Shown piece by piece: positions 1-9,931 of a stretch of DNA of 64,000 nucleotides (the first letter of the stretch is position 1; each line of letters opens with the position of its first letter). The notes under the pieces were generated by a model. The model saw only the letters and a list, made by a program, of their open reading frames with translations, was not told the origin of the DNA and made no database searches. Made by a program: the position numbers and the translations under genes. The stretch comes from Candidatus Binataceae bacterium (GTDB taxonomy: Bacteria > Desulfobacterota > Binatia > Binatales > Binataceae), in contig JADMIL010000009.1 in the NCBI GenBank assembly GCA_015478645.1, forward strand, positions 4,574 through 68,573, read 5' to 3'.

Positions 1-392
1 AACGGCTGCGGCACCGTCAGGATATTGCCGAACAGCACATTCAGGATCTCGCCTTCGCCCCGCGGCGCCTTGACGATTAGCAGCACGGCGGCGGCTGAGC
101 CGCCCGCGTAGAGCATCCCGATCAGCGCCTCCAGCGGCAGCCGCGGCGAGTCGGCCGCGCGCGAGAAGCCGAGGAAGGTCAGCAGCGTCAGCACCAGCGC
201 GACGGCGAACGGCTCGACCTGGAACAGCACCGCCAGTGCGACGCCGGCCGAGGAAATCTCGGCGACCGCCGCACCAACGAACACGATCCGCCGCAGCACC
301 ACGTAAACGCTGAGCGGTGCCAGCCCGAGCGCGACCAGCACGCCGGCCAGCAGCGTGTTGCGCATGAACTCAATCGTCAGAATTTCGAGCAT
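1..392 (-). CDS. Metal ABC transporter permease (ABC-3, ZnuB/TroC type); the C-terminal part runs off the window start
   Basis: The supplied track lists only a wrong-frame ORF (188..373). Reverse complement from the ATG at 392 reads MLEILTIEFMRNTLLAGVLVALGLAPLSVYVVLRRIVFVGAAVAEISSAGVALAVLF..., which is TM-rich. It lies 21 nt downstream of the ATPase gene on the same strand. Confidence 0.75.
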   Translation of the reverse strand, partial: MLEILTIEFMRNTLLAGVLVALGLAPLSVYVVLRRIVFVGAAVAEISSAGVALAVLFQVEPFAVALVLTLLTFLGFSRAADSPRLPLEALIGMLYAGGSAAAVLLIVKAPRGEGEILNVLFGNILTVPQP

Positions 393-413
393 GATGTAGG
401 TGCCGACCTCCGC

Positions 414-1133
414 TCAGGTCTCGGTCGCCGCGTAGGCGCGCGCCATATTGTCGGGCGCGAGCATCGCCGCCTTGTCGCCGATTACCACGGTGCCGTCGCG
501 CGTGATCAGCGCCACGCGCCGCGCGAAATGCTCGATCGCGCTCAGCAGATGCGTCACGAAGACGATGGTCGTCGATTTTTCCTGCTGCAGGCCGAGCAGC
601 AACTCCATGATCGCGCGCTCGGCCTCAACGTCCATCCCGTTGGTCGGTTCGTCGAGCAGCAGCAAATCGGGCTCGCCGGCCAGTGCCCGCGCGATCAATA
701 CGCGCTGCTGCTGCCCGCCCGACAGTTCTCGATAGGGGCGCGCCGCGCGGTTCTCCATTCCGACCCGCCGCAGGCATCCGCGTGCGATTTCGTTATCCTC
801 GCGGCGCGGGCGGCGCAGCGCGCGGATCATCCCGAAGCGGCCCATGATCGCGACCTCGAGCGCGGAGAGCGGGAAGTGCGCGTCGAGCCGCTCACGCTGG
901 GTCACGTAGCCGATCCTGAGCGGCACCCCGTTGGCCGGCCGCATCTCGATCGTACCTTCGAGCGGATCGAGCAGGCCGAGCAGGGTCTTCAGCAGCGTGG
1001 TCTTGCCCGATCCGTTAGGTCCCATTACGCCCATGAAGTCGCCGCGCTCGATCGCGAAGTTGAGGTTGCGCAAAATCGCCCGGCCGTGGTAGCCGACCGT
1101 AACGCTGCGGACGCTTACGAGTTCATTTGCCAT
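414..1133 (-). CDS. Metal (Zn/Mn-type) ABC transporter ATP-binding protein
   Basis: 239 aa. Walker A GPNGSGKTT, ABC signature LSGGQQQR, Walker B LLLLDEP. Flanked by the binding-protein and permease genes. Confidence 0.9.
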   Translation of the reverse strand: MANELVSVRSVTVGYHGRAILRNLNFAIERGDFMGVMGPNGSGKTTLLKTLLGLLDPLEGTIEMRPANGVPLRIGYVTQRERLDAHFPLSALEVAIMGRFGMIRALRRPRREDNEIARGCLRRVGMENRAARPYRELSGGQQQRVLIARALAGEPDLLLLDEPTNGMDVEAERAIMELLLGLQQEKSTTIVFVTHLLSAIEHFARRVALITRDGTVVIGDKAAMLAPDNMARAYAATET

Positions 1134-2052
1134 GGCTGGCCAGCGCCTGAGCGACGTGGGTCACGACATAGTCGACCATCGAGATGTAATCCTTCTGCTC
1201 CGGGGTGCCGTCCACGTCGATGTAAAGATTGACGTAAGGGATGCCCGCCTGCCTGGAGATCAGTTGTGCGATCGAAACGTCGTAGTAGGGCTCGGTCACG
1301 ATCAGCCTGACGCCGTCGGTTTTGCAGGTCTCGATCACCTGCTCGACGCGGGCCGGCGACGGTACGAAGCCGGGCTTGCTCTCGATCGTCTCGGGAATCT
1401 TGAGCTTGAAAAACCGCGCGAAGTAGTCCCACGACTCGTGATACGGAATGATCTTGTCGCCGGCGTACGGCGCCATCTCGGCGCTCCATTTCTTCTCCGC
1501 GGCCGTCAGTTGCGCCTCGAACGTGGCCAGATTGGCGCCGAAGTAGGCTTTGTCGGCCGGATCGACGTAGGCCAGCGCGTTGAAGATATTGCGCGCCATC
1601 ACGCGGCCCGATTCGGGGTCGAGCTGGTAGTGCGGATTACCGAACGGATGGATGTCGCCGAAGCTGTAATCGACGTGGCCAGTCGGAATATCCATCAGCG
1701 TGATCCCGTAGGAGACCTGCGCTTTCACCAGGTTCGAGTTGTTGGCCTCGGCGACCAAATCGCGCGCCCAATCCTCGAGCCCGAGGCCGACCTGGATAAA
1801 GAGCCGCGCCCGATGAATTTTGAAGAGGTCGCTCGGGCGCGGCGAATAGAGGTCGGCGTTGAAGCCGGGCGGCACCAGCGACTCGGCATCGACCTTGTCG
1901 CCGCCAATCGACTTGGACAGCGACGCCAGGTCGGTCGTCGTGGTAACCACCTTGATCACTTCGGCGTGCGCCGCGGCCGGCCACGCGATCGCCAGCATAA
2001 ACGCCAGCGGCACCGCCTCCCGCAAAAATATATTGTATAGTTTTCTAATCAT
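1123..2052 (-). CDS. Periplasmic metal-binding protein, ZnuA/TroA family
   Basis: 309 aa. N-terminal signal peptide (AFMLAIAWPAAAHA). Contains a DIHPFGNPHYQLDP-type metal-binding motif typical of cluster-9 binding proteins. Overlaps the ATPase gene start by 11 nt. Confidence 0.85.
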   Translation of the reverse strand: MIRKLYNIFLREAVPLAFMLAIAWPAAAHAEVIKVVTTTTDLASLSKSIGGDKVDAESLVPPGFNADLYSPRPSDLFKIHRARLFIQVGLGLEDWARDLVAEANNSNLVKAQVSYGITLMDIPTGHVDYSFGDIHPFGNPHYQLDPESGRVMARNIFNALAYVDPADKAYFGANLATFEAQLTAAEKKWSAEMAPYAGDKIIPYHESWDYFARFFKLKIPETIESKPGFVPSPARVEQVIETCKTDGVRLIVTEPYYDVSIAQLISRQAGIPYVNLYIDVDGTPEQKDYISMVDYVVTHVAQALASHGK

Positions 2053-2056
2053 GTAG

Positions 2057-3520
2057 TTAGTCCAGGGGTTTAAGATTGCCGAGCGAAAAGGTCATCTGCA
2101 GAAAAAATTCGTTCGCCGCGCGTTCCGGACCGCTGCCCGTCGTATAAGTGTATTGGCCGCGCAGGCGCGTGTTGTCGGATACAAAATAGGTGAAGACCGG
2201 CGAGAAGCCGGCGGTAGTGCCGCTCATTACCAGCGGCCGATCGGCGATATCGACCAGGAATCCCGCGTGGTAGCGTAGCCAGAAATTGTAATCGAGCATG
2301 GTGTAGAAGCCGCGCTTGAGCCCGTGCTCGCCGACTGCCTGGCGCTCCGTGAGCAGCCCTTCGAGATTCAGCGTCCAGATATCGCGCTGATCGGGCGCGT
2401 ACTGAAACTGCACGAACGGATCCCCATAGTAAGCCTGGCCGCCCGGTCCCGGTCCGCCCGCCACGCTGCCGCCGGCTTGCATGTAGCCCGAGGTGAACAG
2501 GTCGCGCGAGTAGGTCAGCGTGCCCATGTACGCGAAGTCGAAGTTCGCGCCGTTACGGTGATTGAAGGCCAGCGGATTTACGCCGCTCAGCATGTCGGTG
2601 TCCAGCTTGATGTCGGCGTCCCACGGATTCGGGATGTAGGCGGTCAGATTGATGCCGGGCTCGACGAAGCCGTCCTGGGTCGTGAAGTTGGCGAGCGCGT
2701 TCGGGCGATTGACGATCGGGAGCTGAAAGGTGTCGGTCGCGTTGAGCAGGCCGAAGACCGGCCGGAACTGGCCCACCCGCAACTGCAGGTTGTAGGGCAG
2801 CTTGTTGAAGACCACGAAGGCTTCCTCGATATCGAACGGGCCGTTGTTGGGCTTGTCGATCGAGATCTGCGCATTGGTGTACGGGTCGATCGGCGAGAAC
2901 AGGATGATCTGCGTGTCGCGCGCGGTGAACTTGTCGGCCGACGGGTTATAGCGCGGATCGGCCTTCTTGTAATCGTCCTGTTGCAGGGCAAAGTCGCCGA
3001 CCGCGCTGATATCCGGAATAAACATCTGTGGCACGCCCGGGATACTCGGGATAATCACGCCCTCACCGCTGGGCGAGACTTCGCCCGATGCACCCGCCAT
3101 CCGCGGCGCTTGCGGCTCGTTGACCGGGCCGGGCAGCAACTGTTTGAGGGATTCGCCGACGGTGACGCCCGGAGATGGTTGGCCCGCGGGCGTAACGCCC
3201 GGCGGCGGCGCGCCCTCGGCGTTGCTCGCGGCGGTCGCGCCGATGTTCGCTTCCGCCCTGGCGCTCGCCGGCGTGCCGGCGCCGGATTGTGCGTCCGCAC
3301 CGGATTGTGCGCCCGCGCCGGTTGCCGCCAGGCGCGCTTCGAGCGCCGACATGCGATTCTGCATCTGCTTCATCTGCGCAGCCATTGCGCGCATTTCTTT
3401 GCGTAGTTGAGCGTTGCTCTCGTAACCCGAGTCGGTGGAATTGTCCGCCGCAACGGCCGGCTTGCCGAATGCGAATGCAACCGCCACGATCAATATCAGC
3501 GCGCGTATGCGCATGGTCAT
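2057..3520 (-). CDS. Outer-membrane beta-barrel porin-like protein with N-terminal coiled coil (possibly phosphate-selective porin O/P-like)
   Basis: Start chosen at MTMRIRALILIVAVAFAFGKPAVAADN (signal peptide), with GGGGGAG upstream. A coiled-coil segment (LRKEMRAMAAQMKQMQNRMSALEARLAA) is followed by a low-complexity linker. The C-terminal ~330 aa are rich in alternating aromatic/Gly residues. Only 4 nt separate it from the binding-protein gene. Confidence 0.55.
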   Translation of the reverse strand: MTMRIRALILIVAVAFAFGKPAVAADNSTDSGYESNAQLRKEMRAMAAQMKQMQNRMSALEARLAATGAGAQSGADAQSGAGTPASARAEANIGATAASNAEGAPPPGVTPAGQPSPGVTVGESLKQLLPGPVNEPQAPRMAGASGEVSPSGEGVIIPSIPGVPQMFIPDISAVGDFALQQDDYKKADPRYNPSADKFTARDTQIILFSPIDPYTNAQISIDKPNNGPFDIEEAFVVFNKLPYNLQLRVGQFRPVFGLLNATDTFQLPIVNRPNALANFTTQDGFVEPGINLTAYIPNPWDADIKLDTDMLSGVNPLAFNHRNGANFDFAYMGTLTYSRDLFTSGYMQAGGSVAGGPGPGGQAYYGDPFVQFQYAPDQRDIWTLNLEGLLTERQAVGEHGLKRGFYTMLDYNFWLRYHAGFLVDIADRPLVMSGTTAGFSPVFTYFVSDNTRLRGQYTYTTGSGPERAANEFFLQMTFSLGNLKPLD

Positions 3521-3613
3521 GTGCTCCCCCAGGGGAAGTCGCGGGGTGCCTGGCCGATGCCGGATCGGCACGGGCAGATGCGCACGTGGCAAAGCGCCAC
3601 GCGACCTTCGTCA

Positions 3614-3627
3614 AACGAAATTCCGTT
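3614..3627. promoter_or_regulatory. AT-rich imperfect palindrome, candidate metalloregulator (Zur/Fur-type) operator upstream of the porin-znu operon
   Basis: AACGAAATTCCGTT is a 7-0-7 palindrome with one mismatch. It lies about 95 nt upstream of the porin ATG in a 124-nt intergenic gap and is one of the few AT-rich patches there. Confidence 0.25.
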
Positions 3628-3644
3628 ATGTCAGCGGGAAATCG

Positions 3645-4037
3645 TCAGACCGCGAGGCGGGGCGGGGCCCGCGTCTGGCATGAGGAGAGCGCGCACGTAA
3701 TCACCGCGCGTACGGTGACCGCGGCGATCGGCTGGGCGTCGGCGTGCGGCTGTTCGACGGCCGCAACGGCCGCCGGATTCAGCGGCACATGAAAGGCCAG
3801 GATACAGAGCGCGCACAGACCGTCGTCGGCGACGACCTGCGCCTGCGAATCTATCCTGCGGACCGGGTCGCTCTGATGGTAATGGGCGACGGCGAGCAAC
3901 TGGGCCGCAAGGATCAGTACGGCGGCGAGCGTGGCGGTTGCCCGCCCGCATCGTCTCGCCCAAGCGATAGTTGATCCGATCCTGCGCTGCCCTGAGGCCA
4001 TTGTCACCTGCGGGCTCGTGCCCTCGCGGCGCGACAC
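3645..4037 (-). CDS. Small membrane protein, DUF2946-like (C-x2-C plus His motif); start may be at 4001
   Basis: 130-aa ORF with one hydrophobic helix (ATLAAVLILAAQLLAVAHYH) and the motif GLCALCILAFHVPL. This resembles the CxxC-LH segment I recall for DUF2946 proteins found with metal uptake genes. Confidence 0.35.
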   Translation of the reverse strand: MSRREGTSPQVTMASGQRRIGSTIAWARRCGRATATLAAVLILAAQLLAVAHYHQSDPVRRIDSQAQVVADDGLCALCILAFHVPLNPAAVAAVEQPHADAQPIAAVTVRAVITCALSSCQTRAPPRLAV

Positions 4038-4061
4038 CCGGTGCCGGTCATGCGCCGGCCC

Positions 4062-5261
4062 CTAGACGATACCCTCTTGCTTGAGACGGTCCAAGTCGGC
4101 CGCCGAAAGCCCGAGCATCTCGCCATAGACCTCGCCGTTATGCTGTCCGAGCAGCGGCGCGGCGGTGACCTCGGCGGGCGAGTCCTCGAGCTTCACCGGA
4201 CATCCGGGCATCGTGAATTTGCCGCGCACCGGATGGTCGACAGTCACCACCATGCCGCGCTCGCGCATGTGCGGATCGTTGAGCAGCTCGACGCTGTCGA
4301 GAATCGCACCGCAGGGCACGCCGGCCTCGCCCATCATGCGCATCACGTCGTGCTTGGAATGCTGGGTGGTCCACGCCTCGATAATCTGCGTCAGATCCTC
4401 GATGTATTTGATCCGTTCCTTGCGTTCCTTGAAGCGTGGATCGTCGGGCACGTCGGGCCGTCCGATGGTCGTGCACAGCGCGTGGAACATCTCGGGCGTG
4501 GTGCACAGCATGTAAACGTAATCGTTGTCGCCGCCGGGAGCGCATTTGTAGATGTCGCCGATTGCGCCGCTGGCCAGGCGGTTGCCGGCGCGCGGAGTCG
4601 GCTGCCCCGTGATGTAGGTGCCCATCATCGGCACGCGTACGAAATTGAACACCGCCTCCTGCATCGCGACTTCGACCTTCTGCCCCTTGCCGGTGCGCTC
4701 GCGCTGAATATAGGCCGCGAGCACGCCGCATGCCGCGTGGATGCCGGTGCCGGTGTCGCCGATGGTCGGGCCGGGTTTGAGCGGCGGCGAGCCGGGGAAG
4801 CCAGTCAGCGACATCGCGCCGCCGGCGGCCTGCGCGATCATGTCGAAGCTCTTGTACTTGCTGTTCGGTCCGTAGGTGCCAAAGCCCTTGATCGTCAGGT
4901 AGATCAGGCGCGGGTTGATCTCGCGCAGATGGTCGTAGCCGAGCCCCCAGCTTTCGAGCGTGCCGAGCGAGTAGTTCTCGGCCAGGATATCGACCTGCTT
5001 GACCAGATCGATGAACATCTGTTTGCCGCGCTCGGACTTGGTGTTGAGCGTGATGCTGCGCTTGTTGGCATTGAGCAGCATGAAGTAGTGCGAATCGACG
5101 CCCGGCTTTTCGCTCAGCAGCCAGCGCCCCTGCTCGCCCATCTTGGGCGGCTCCATCTTGATCACGTTGGCGCCGAGCCAGGCCAGCATCTCGGTGCACG
5201 AGGTGCCGGCTTCAAACTGCGTCAGGTCGAGGACTTTTACACCAGCCAGGGCTTTTTCCAT
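4062..5261 (-). CDS. Family III CoA-transferase (CaiB/BaiF), formyl-CoA transferase-like
   Basis: From MEKALAGVKVLDLTQFEAGTSCTEMLAWLGANVIKMEPP..., which closely parallels the N-terminus of Frc-type enzymes (xVLDFTHxxAGPxCTQxxxxLGAxVIKIE). Start trimmed from the 420-aa ORF to the ATG at 5261. Confidence 0.8.
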   Translation of the reverse strand: MEKALAGVKVLDLTQFEAGTSCTEMLAWLGANVIKMEPPKMGEQGRWLLSEKPGVDSHYFMLLNANKRSITLNTKSERGKQMFIDLVKQVDILAENYSLGTLESWGLGYDHLREINPRLIYLTIKGFGTYGPNSKYKSFDMIAQAAGGAMSLTGFPGSPPLKPGPTIGDTGTGIHAACGVLAAYIQRERTGKGQKVEVAMQEAVFNFVRVPMMGTYITGQPTPRAGNRLASGAIGDIYKCAPGGDNDYVYMLCTTPEMFHALCTTIGRPDVPDDPRFKERKERIKYIEDLTQIIEAWTTQHSKHDVMRMMGEAGVPCGAILDSVELLNDPHMRERGMVVTVDHPVRGKFTMPGCPVKLEDSPAEVTAAPLLGQHNGEVYGEMLGLSAADLDRLKQEGIV

Positions 5262-5463
5262 CGAAGATTCTCCAGCGGCCTGAACCGGCCGCGGCCGCGC
5301 GTGCCAGCGCACATCCATCGTCAACGCGGGCCAATGATTTCTCGTTAGCTTGCAGATAACTTCTCATCGTTGTAGCGCCGAAGTTCGCGCGCGGCAAGGC
5401 GATCGCCGCCTGAGTGAGTATCAGGGATGTCCTGCGATTTTCTGGCAAGCGTGCATCAGGCAT

Positions 5464-5682
5464 TCATGCATTATTCCATTCGTCGTCACTGATGTTGGCG
5501 GTGCGCAATATCCGCTTGAGCAAATCGACGCTCACGTCTCCCCGATGCGGGTTCGGAATCGTTACGGTCCCTCGCGGACCAGTCATAAAAAGATGCTTGC
5601 CACCAGAAAACGGCCCGTCGTAACCCAATGCCTTGAACGTACGGACAAGTTCACGGTGCGAGCAGGGAGACAGCCCGGCCAC
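5464..5682 (-). CDS. hicA: Type II toxin HicA (mRNA interferase)
   Basis: 72 aa. SHRELVRTFKALGYDGPFSGGKHLFM... matches the HicA/YcfA fold signature, and the gene lies directly downstream of a HicB-like gene. Confidence 0.8.
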   Translation of the reverse strand: MAGLSPCSHRELVRTFKALGYDGPFSGGKHLFMTGPRGTVTIPNPHRGDVSVDLLKRILRTANISDDEWNNA

Positions 5683-5706
5683 AATTGCCGCTCCTTGCGT
5701 GACGTT

Positions 5707-5973
5707 CTAGGGGGTTTTTTTGGGGCTTTCAGAAAGAGTGAAGCCGTCGACAATCGGTACGTGTTGCGGCTCGCCAGTCGGCTGGGGGAATCTTAACCAT
5801 TCGTACAGCGTAGCGATCAGCTCTTGACGCGCGGCATCCTCGGTCGAGCCGGTTGCCCACAAACCGAAAAATCCCGGGATAGAGGCGAACCATTCCCCAG
5901 ATTCCATTGGCTCGAATTGCGCCTTGCGCATCGCCGCCTCCAGATATTCAGCGAAGGTTCTCGACTTTGGCAC
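5707..5973 (-). CDS. hicB: Type II antitoxin HicB (UPF0150 family), GTG start
   Basis: 88 aa. FEPMESGEWFASIPGFFGLWATGSTEDAARQEL is typical of the HicB N-terminal domain. 24 nt upstream of hicA. Confidence 0.75.
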   Translation of the reverse strand: MPKSRTFAEYLEAAMRKAQFEPMESGEWFASIPGFFGLWATGSTEDAARQELIATLYEWLRFPQPTGEPQHVPIVDGFTLSESPKKTP

Positions 5974-6109
5974 TCTTTCAGCATAGCCCGCGGGTGGTAA
6001 TTTGTCATTCGATGAATTGGCGCCGGCCGTTGCCGTTTAAGCCGCGCGGTGCGCGATGCTAGATTGATCAAACGTGTGCCGCGCTCTCGTCCGCGCCGCG
6101 TTATCCACG

Positions 6110-7237
6110 ATGCCTGACGCACTGGTCAATCTGGCGGCAATCCGCACCGAGTTGAATCAGCTCTTCCTCGAGCGCGCCGATCTGGTCGACGGGGCGCTAT
6201 GCGCGCTGCTCTCGGCCAGCCATATCCTGGTAATCGGGCCGCCGGGCACCGCCAAATCGATGCTGGCCGACGAACTGTGCCGGCGGGTCGAAGGGGCCGA
6301 TTACTTCCAATGGCTGCTGACCCGCTTCAGCACGCCCGAGGAGATTTTTGGCGCGGTGAGCCTCAAGGGACTCGAGCAGGACGACTATCGCCGCGTCACC
6401 GATCACAAGCTGCCTGAGGCGCATATCGCTTTTCTCGACGAGATCTTCAAGGCCAACTCCTCGATCCTCAACGCGCTGCTCACCGTGATCAACGAGCGCG
6501 TCTATCATAACGGCCGCCAGCGCGTAGCCGTTCCGCTGGTCACGATGTTCGGCGCGTCCAACGAGTTGCCGGACGAGGAAGATCTGACGGCGCTCTACGA
6601 CCGCTTCATGCTGCGCTTTACGGTCGACTATATCGGCGAGGATTTTCGTTTCCTCAAAATGCTCGAGGGCATCGCGCCGGCCGCGCGCACCGCGATCACG
6701 CTTGCCGACCTGACGGCGCTGCGCGCGCGCACTGAGGCAATCAAGGTGCCGGGAGCGATCCTGCGCGCGATCGCGGAACTGCGGCGGATCCTGGCCGCGC
6801 AGCAGATCGTGGTCTCGGATCGGCGCTGGCGCAACGCGCTGGGCGTGCTGCGCGCCCATGCGCTGATCTGCGGCCGCGCGCAGGTGGCCGAGGACGATCT
6901 GCCGTTTCTCGAACACGTGCTGTGGAAGGATCCCGAGGAACTGCCCAAGGTGCGCGACGCGATTCGCCGGCTGGTCAAGGGCTTCGAGGACGAGGCGCGC
7001 GAGCTGCTGATCGAGGCCGAGGAGCAGCGCGAGCGGGCGTCCGACGGCGTGTGGGAGAGCGACGAACTGCGCCGGCGCGCGGTGATCGAGGCGCATACCA
7101 AGCTCGCCAATATCCTGGTCAAATTCGAGAAGCTGGTCGGCGAAGCCACCGCCAACGGCCGCGATACCGGCGGCCTCGAAGCGATGCGCGTCCAGGTTAA
7201 AGCGATTCAGCAGGCGATGCTGCGAGCGGCGCTCTAG
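6110..7237 (+). CDS. MoxR-class AAA+ ATPase, RavA-like N-terminal module (no LARA domain)
   Basis: Walker A GPPGTAKS, Walker B AFLDEIFKA. The string YFQWLLTRFSTPEEIFGAVSL...LPEAHIAFLDEIFKANSSILNALLTVINER aligns almost residue for residue with my recollection of E. coli RavA. ATG at 6110 preferred over GTG at 6074. Confidence 0.8.
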   Translation: MPDALVNLAAIRTELNQLFLERADLVDGALCALLSASHILVIGPPGTAKSMLADELCRRVEGADYFQWLLTRFSTPEEIFGAVSLKGLEQDDYRRVTDHKLPEAHIAFLDEIFKANSSILNALLTVINERVYHNGRQRVAVPLVTMFGASNELPDEEDLTALYDRFMLRFTVDYIGEDFRFLKMLEGIAPAARTAITLADLTALRARTEAIKVPGAILRAIAELRRILAAQQIVVSDRRWRNALGVLRAHALICGRAQVAEDDLPFLEHVLWKDPEELPKVRDAIRRLVKGFEDEARELLIEAEEQRERASDGVWESDELRRRAVIEAHTKLANILVKFEKLVGEATANGRDTGGLEAMRVQVKAIQQAMLRAAL

Positions 7238-7241
7238 GCCG

Positions 7242-7997
7242 ATGCCGGCCGAGGAATCGACGCCCGCGATCGTGCTGCGTGCGCGCGACTATTCCGAATC
7301 CGATCGCATCGTGACCCTGCTCACGCGCCATTTCGGCAAGCTCAGCGGAATCGCCAAGGGCGCCAAGGCTTCGCGCCGGCGCTTCGAGCGCAAACTCGAG
7401 CCGTTCTCGCAGGTCGCGCTCTACTTTCGCCGCCGCCCGCACGGCCAGTTGGTCTTTATCACGCGCGCCGAACGCGGCGAGACCGACGCGCCAGTGATCG
7501 AAGACGATCTTGCGAAAATCGCACTGGGCAGCTACATGCTCGAACTGGCCGAGGCGCTGACCTCCGAAGAGGCCGAAGCGGCCGACGCATATCACGTTCT
7601 GCTCGATGCGCTCGGCGCCTTGGGGCGCGGCCCGGCGACGCTCGCGATGCGCCAGGCGTACGAGATGCGGCTGCTGCGCGCGGCCGGGTTCGGACTCGAG
7701 TTCGCCCATTGCCGGCTCTGCGCCACGACCGGCACAGAGCGCGGCGGCGCGGTCTACTTCGTCGTCGCGCGCGGCGGCGTGGTCTGCACGCGATGCCGTC
7801 CGCAGGCGCCCGAGGGCGCGGTGCGGATGGCCGCGGCGAGCGCGATCGCGCTGGCGCGGATTGCCGCCGCGCCGTGGCCGGAGGCGGCCGCGCTCAGCCA
7901 TAGCGGGGCCGACGGGGCGCTGGCGATCGCGCGCTTTCTGGCCTCGATAATCGATCGCAAGCTACGTTCGGTCGAATTTCTCGACAAGATGATTTGA
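7242..7997 (+). CDS. recO: DNA repair protein RecO
   Basis: 251 aa. N-terminal OB-fold signature AIVLRARDYSESDRIVTLLTRHFGKLSGIAKGAKASRRRF. Zinc-finger cysteines CRLC...CTRC. Starts 4 nt after the AAA+ gene. Confidence 0.9.
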   Translation: MPAEESTPAIVLRARDYSESDRIVTLLTRHFGKLSGIAKGAKASRRRFERKLEPFSQVALYFRRRPHGQLVFITRAERGETDAPVIEDDLAKIALGSYMLELAEALTSEEAEAADAYHVLLDALGALGRGPATLAMRQAYEMRLLRAAGFGLEFAHCRLCATTGTERGGAVYFVVARGGVVCTRCRPQAPEGAVRMAAASAIALARIAAAPWPEAAALSHSGADGALAIARFLASIIDRKLRSVEFLDKMI

Positions 7998-8085
7998 TCG
8001 CGCCGGCGCCACCCGCGCCGATCGCGGTTCGATGGGCGTGCGGCGATGGCGCCAGGAATTTCCGTCAGCACCGGTCGCCGTCCGA

Positions 8086-9063
<978 letters not shown>

Positions 9064-9246
9064 GATGACTCCTTTGACAAACGACCGACGCTTGCTGAAA
9101 GACGTGTAGTGAAAACACCCATGATGCGGGCGGTTGATCGCGCGCGCTCATCGCTCAAGTTCGTCCACAAAAGAATAATCGAAGCAACGGCGCACGCGAC
9201 GCGATTGGGGCGGACGCTCACGCGCGGGGGGCGCACTGACGCCGGC

Positions 9247-9834
9247 CTAGTCGTGGACGATCAGCGGCGGATGGAAGCGATCGGCTTCATGCTCGATCAG
9301 CACGATCTCGCAATTGGCCGGCAGATGCGCCTTCTCCCATTTGCCCATCACGTGCGCCCACATCGAAAGCATCACGCCGCCGTGGCTGACGACGACCAGC
9401 TCCTCGGCGGGATAGCGCGCGCGGAGGTCCTCGATCGCGGCGGCCACCCGCCGCCGGACGTCCTCGTAGCTCTCGCCGCGCTCCGGCCGCCAGAGCCATC
9501 CCCGGGTCGGGTCATAGCGCGGATCCTGTTTGACCAGCTCGCGCAGCAGATCGTAGGACTCGCCCTTGAGCGCGCCGAGATCGCGTTCGTGGAGATCGTG
9601 GACGACCTCGATTGGCAGGCCGAGTTCGCCGGCGATAATCTCGCTGGTCTGGCGCGCGCGCCGAAAGGGACTCGAGATCACGCGCACCGGAGCAAAGCGC
9701 CGCGCGATGCGCGCGGCGGCCGCGCGGGCCTGCTCGCGTCCGAGTTCGGTCAGCGGAACCTCGGGCGAGATGGTGAAGCGGCGATCGCGATTACCCTCGC
9801 TCTCGCCGTGACGGACCATGATGAGCTTGCCCAT
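9247..9834 (-). CDS. Histidine phosphatase family protein (phosphoglycerate-mutase-like)
   Basis: 195 aa. N-terminal catalytic motif MVRHGESEGN and a downstream VVVSHGGV motif. Confidence 0.85.
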   Translation of the reverse strand: MGKLIMVRHGESEGNRDRRFTISPEVPLTELGREQARAAAARIARRFAPVRVISSPFRRARQTSEIIAGELGLPIEVVHDLHERDLGALKGESYDLLRELVKQDPRYDPTRGWLWRPERGESYEDVRRRVAAAIEDLRARYPAEELVVVSHGGVMLSMWAHVMGKWEKAHLPANCEIVLIEHEADRFHPPLIVHD

Positions 9835-9931
9835 GGATGCGGATAGGGGAGTCAGCGGTTAACCCGGCGGCATCTGGCGCCGCGCCGCGTCCGCCCGCTG
9901 ATCGAGGCGGCGATCGAGATCGCGCGCGGTT

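Noticed and set aside
188-373. The 61-aa track ORF at the window start.
   Set aside because: It is in the wrong frame. A different minus-strand frame, starting at 392, encodes a coherent ABC-3 permease N-terminus.
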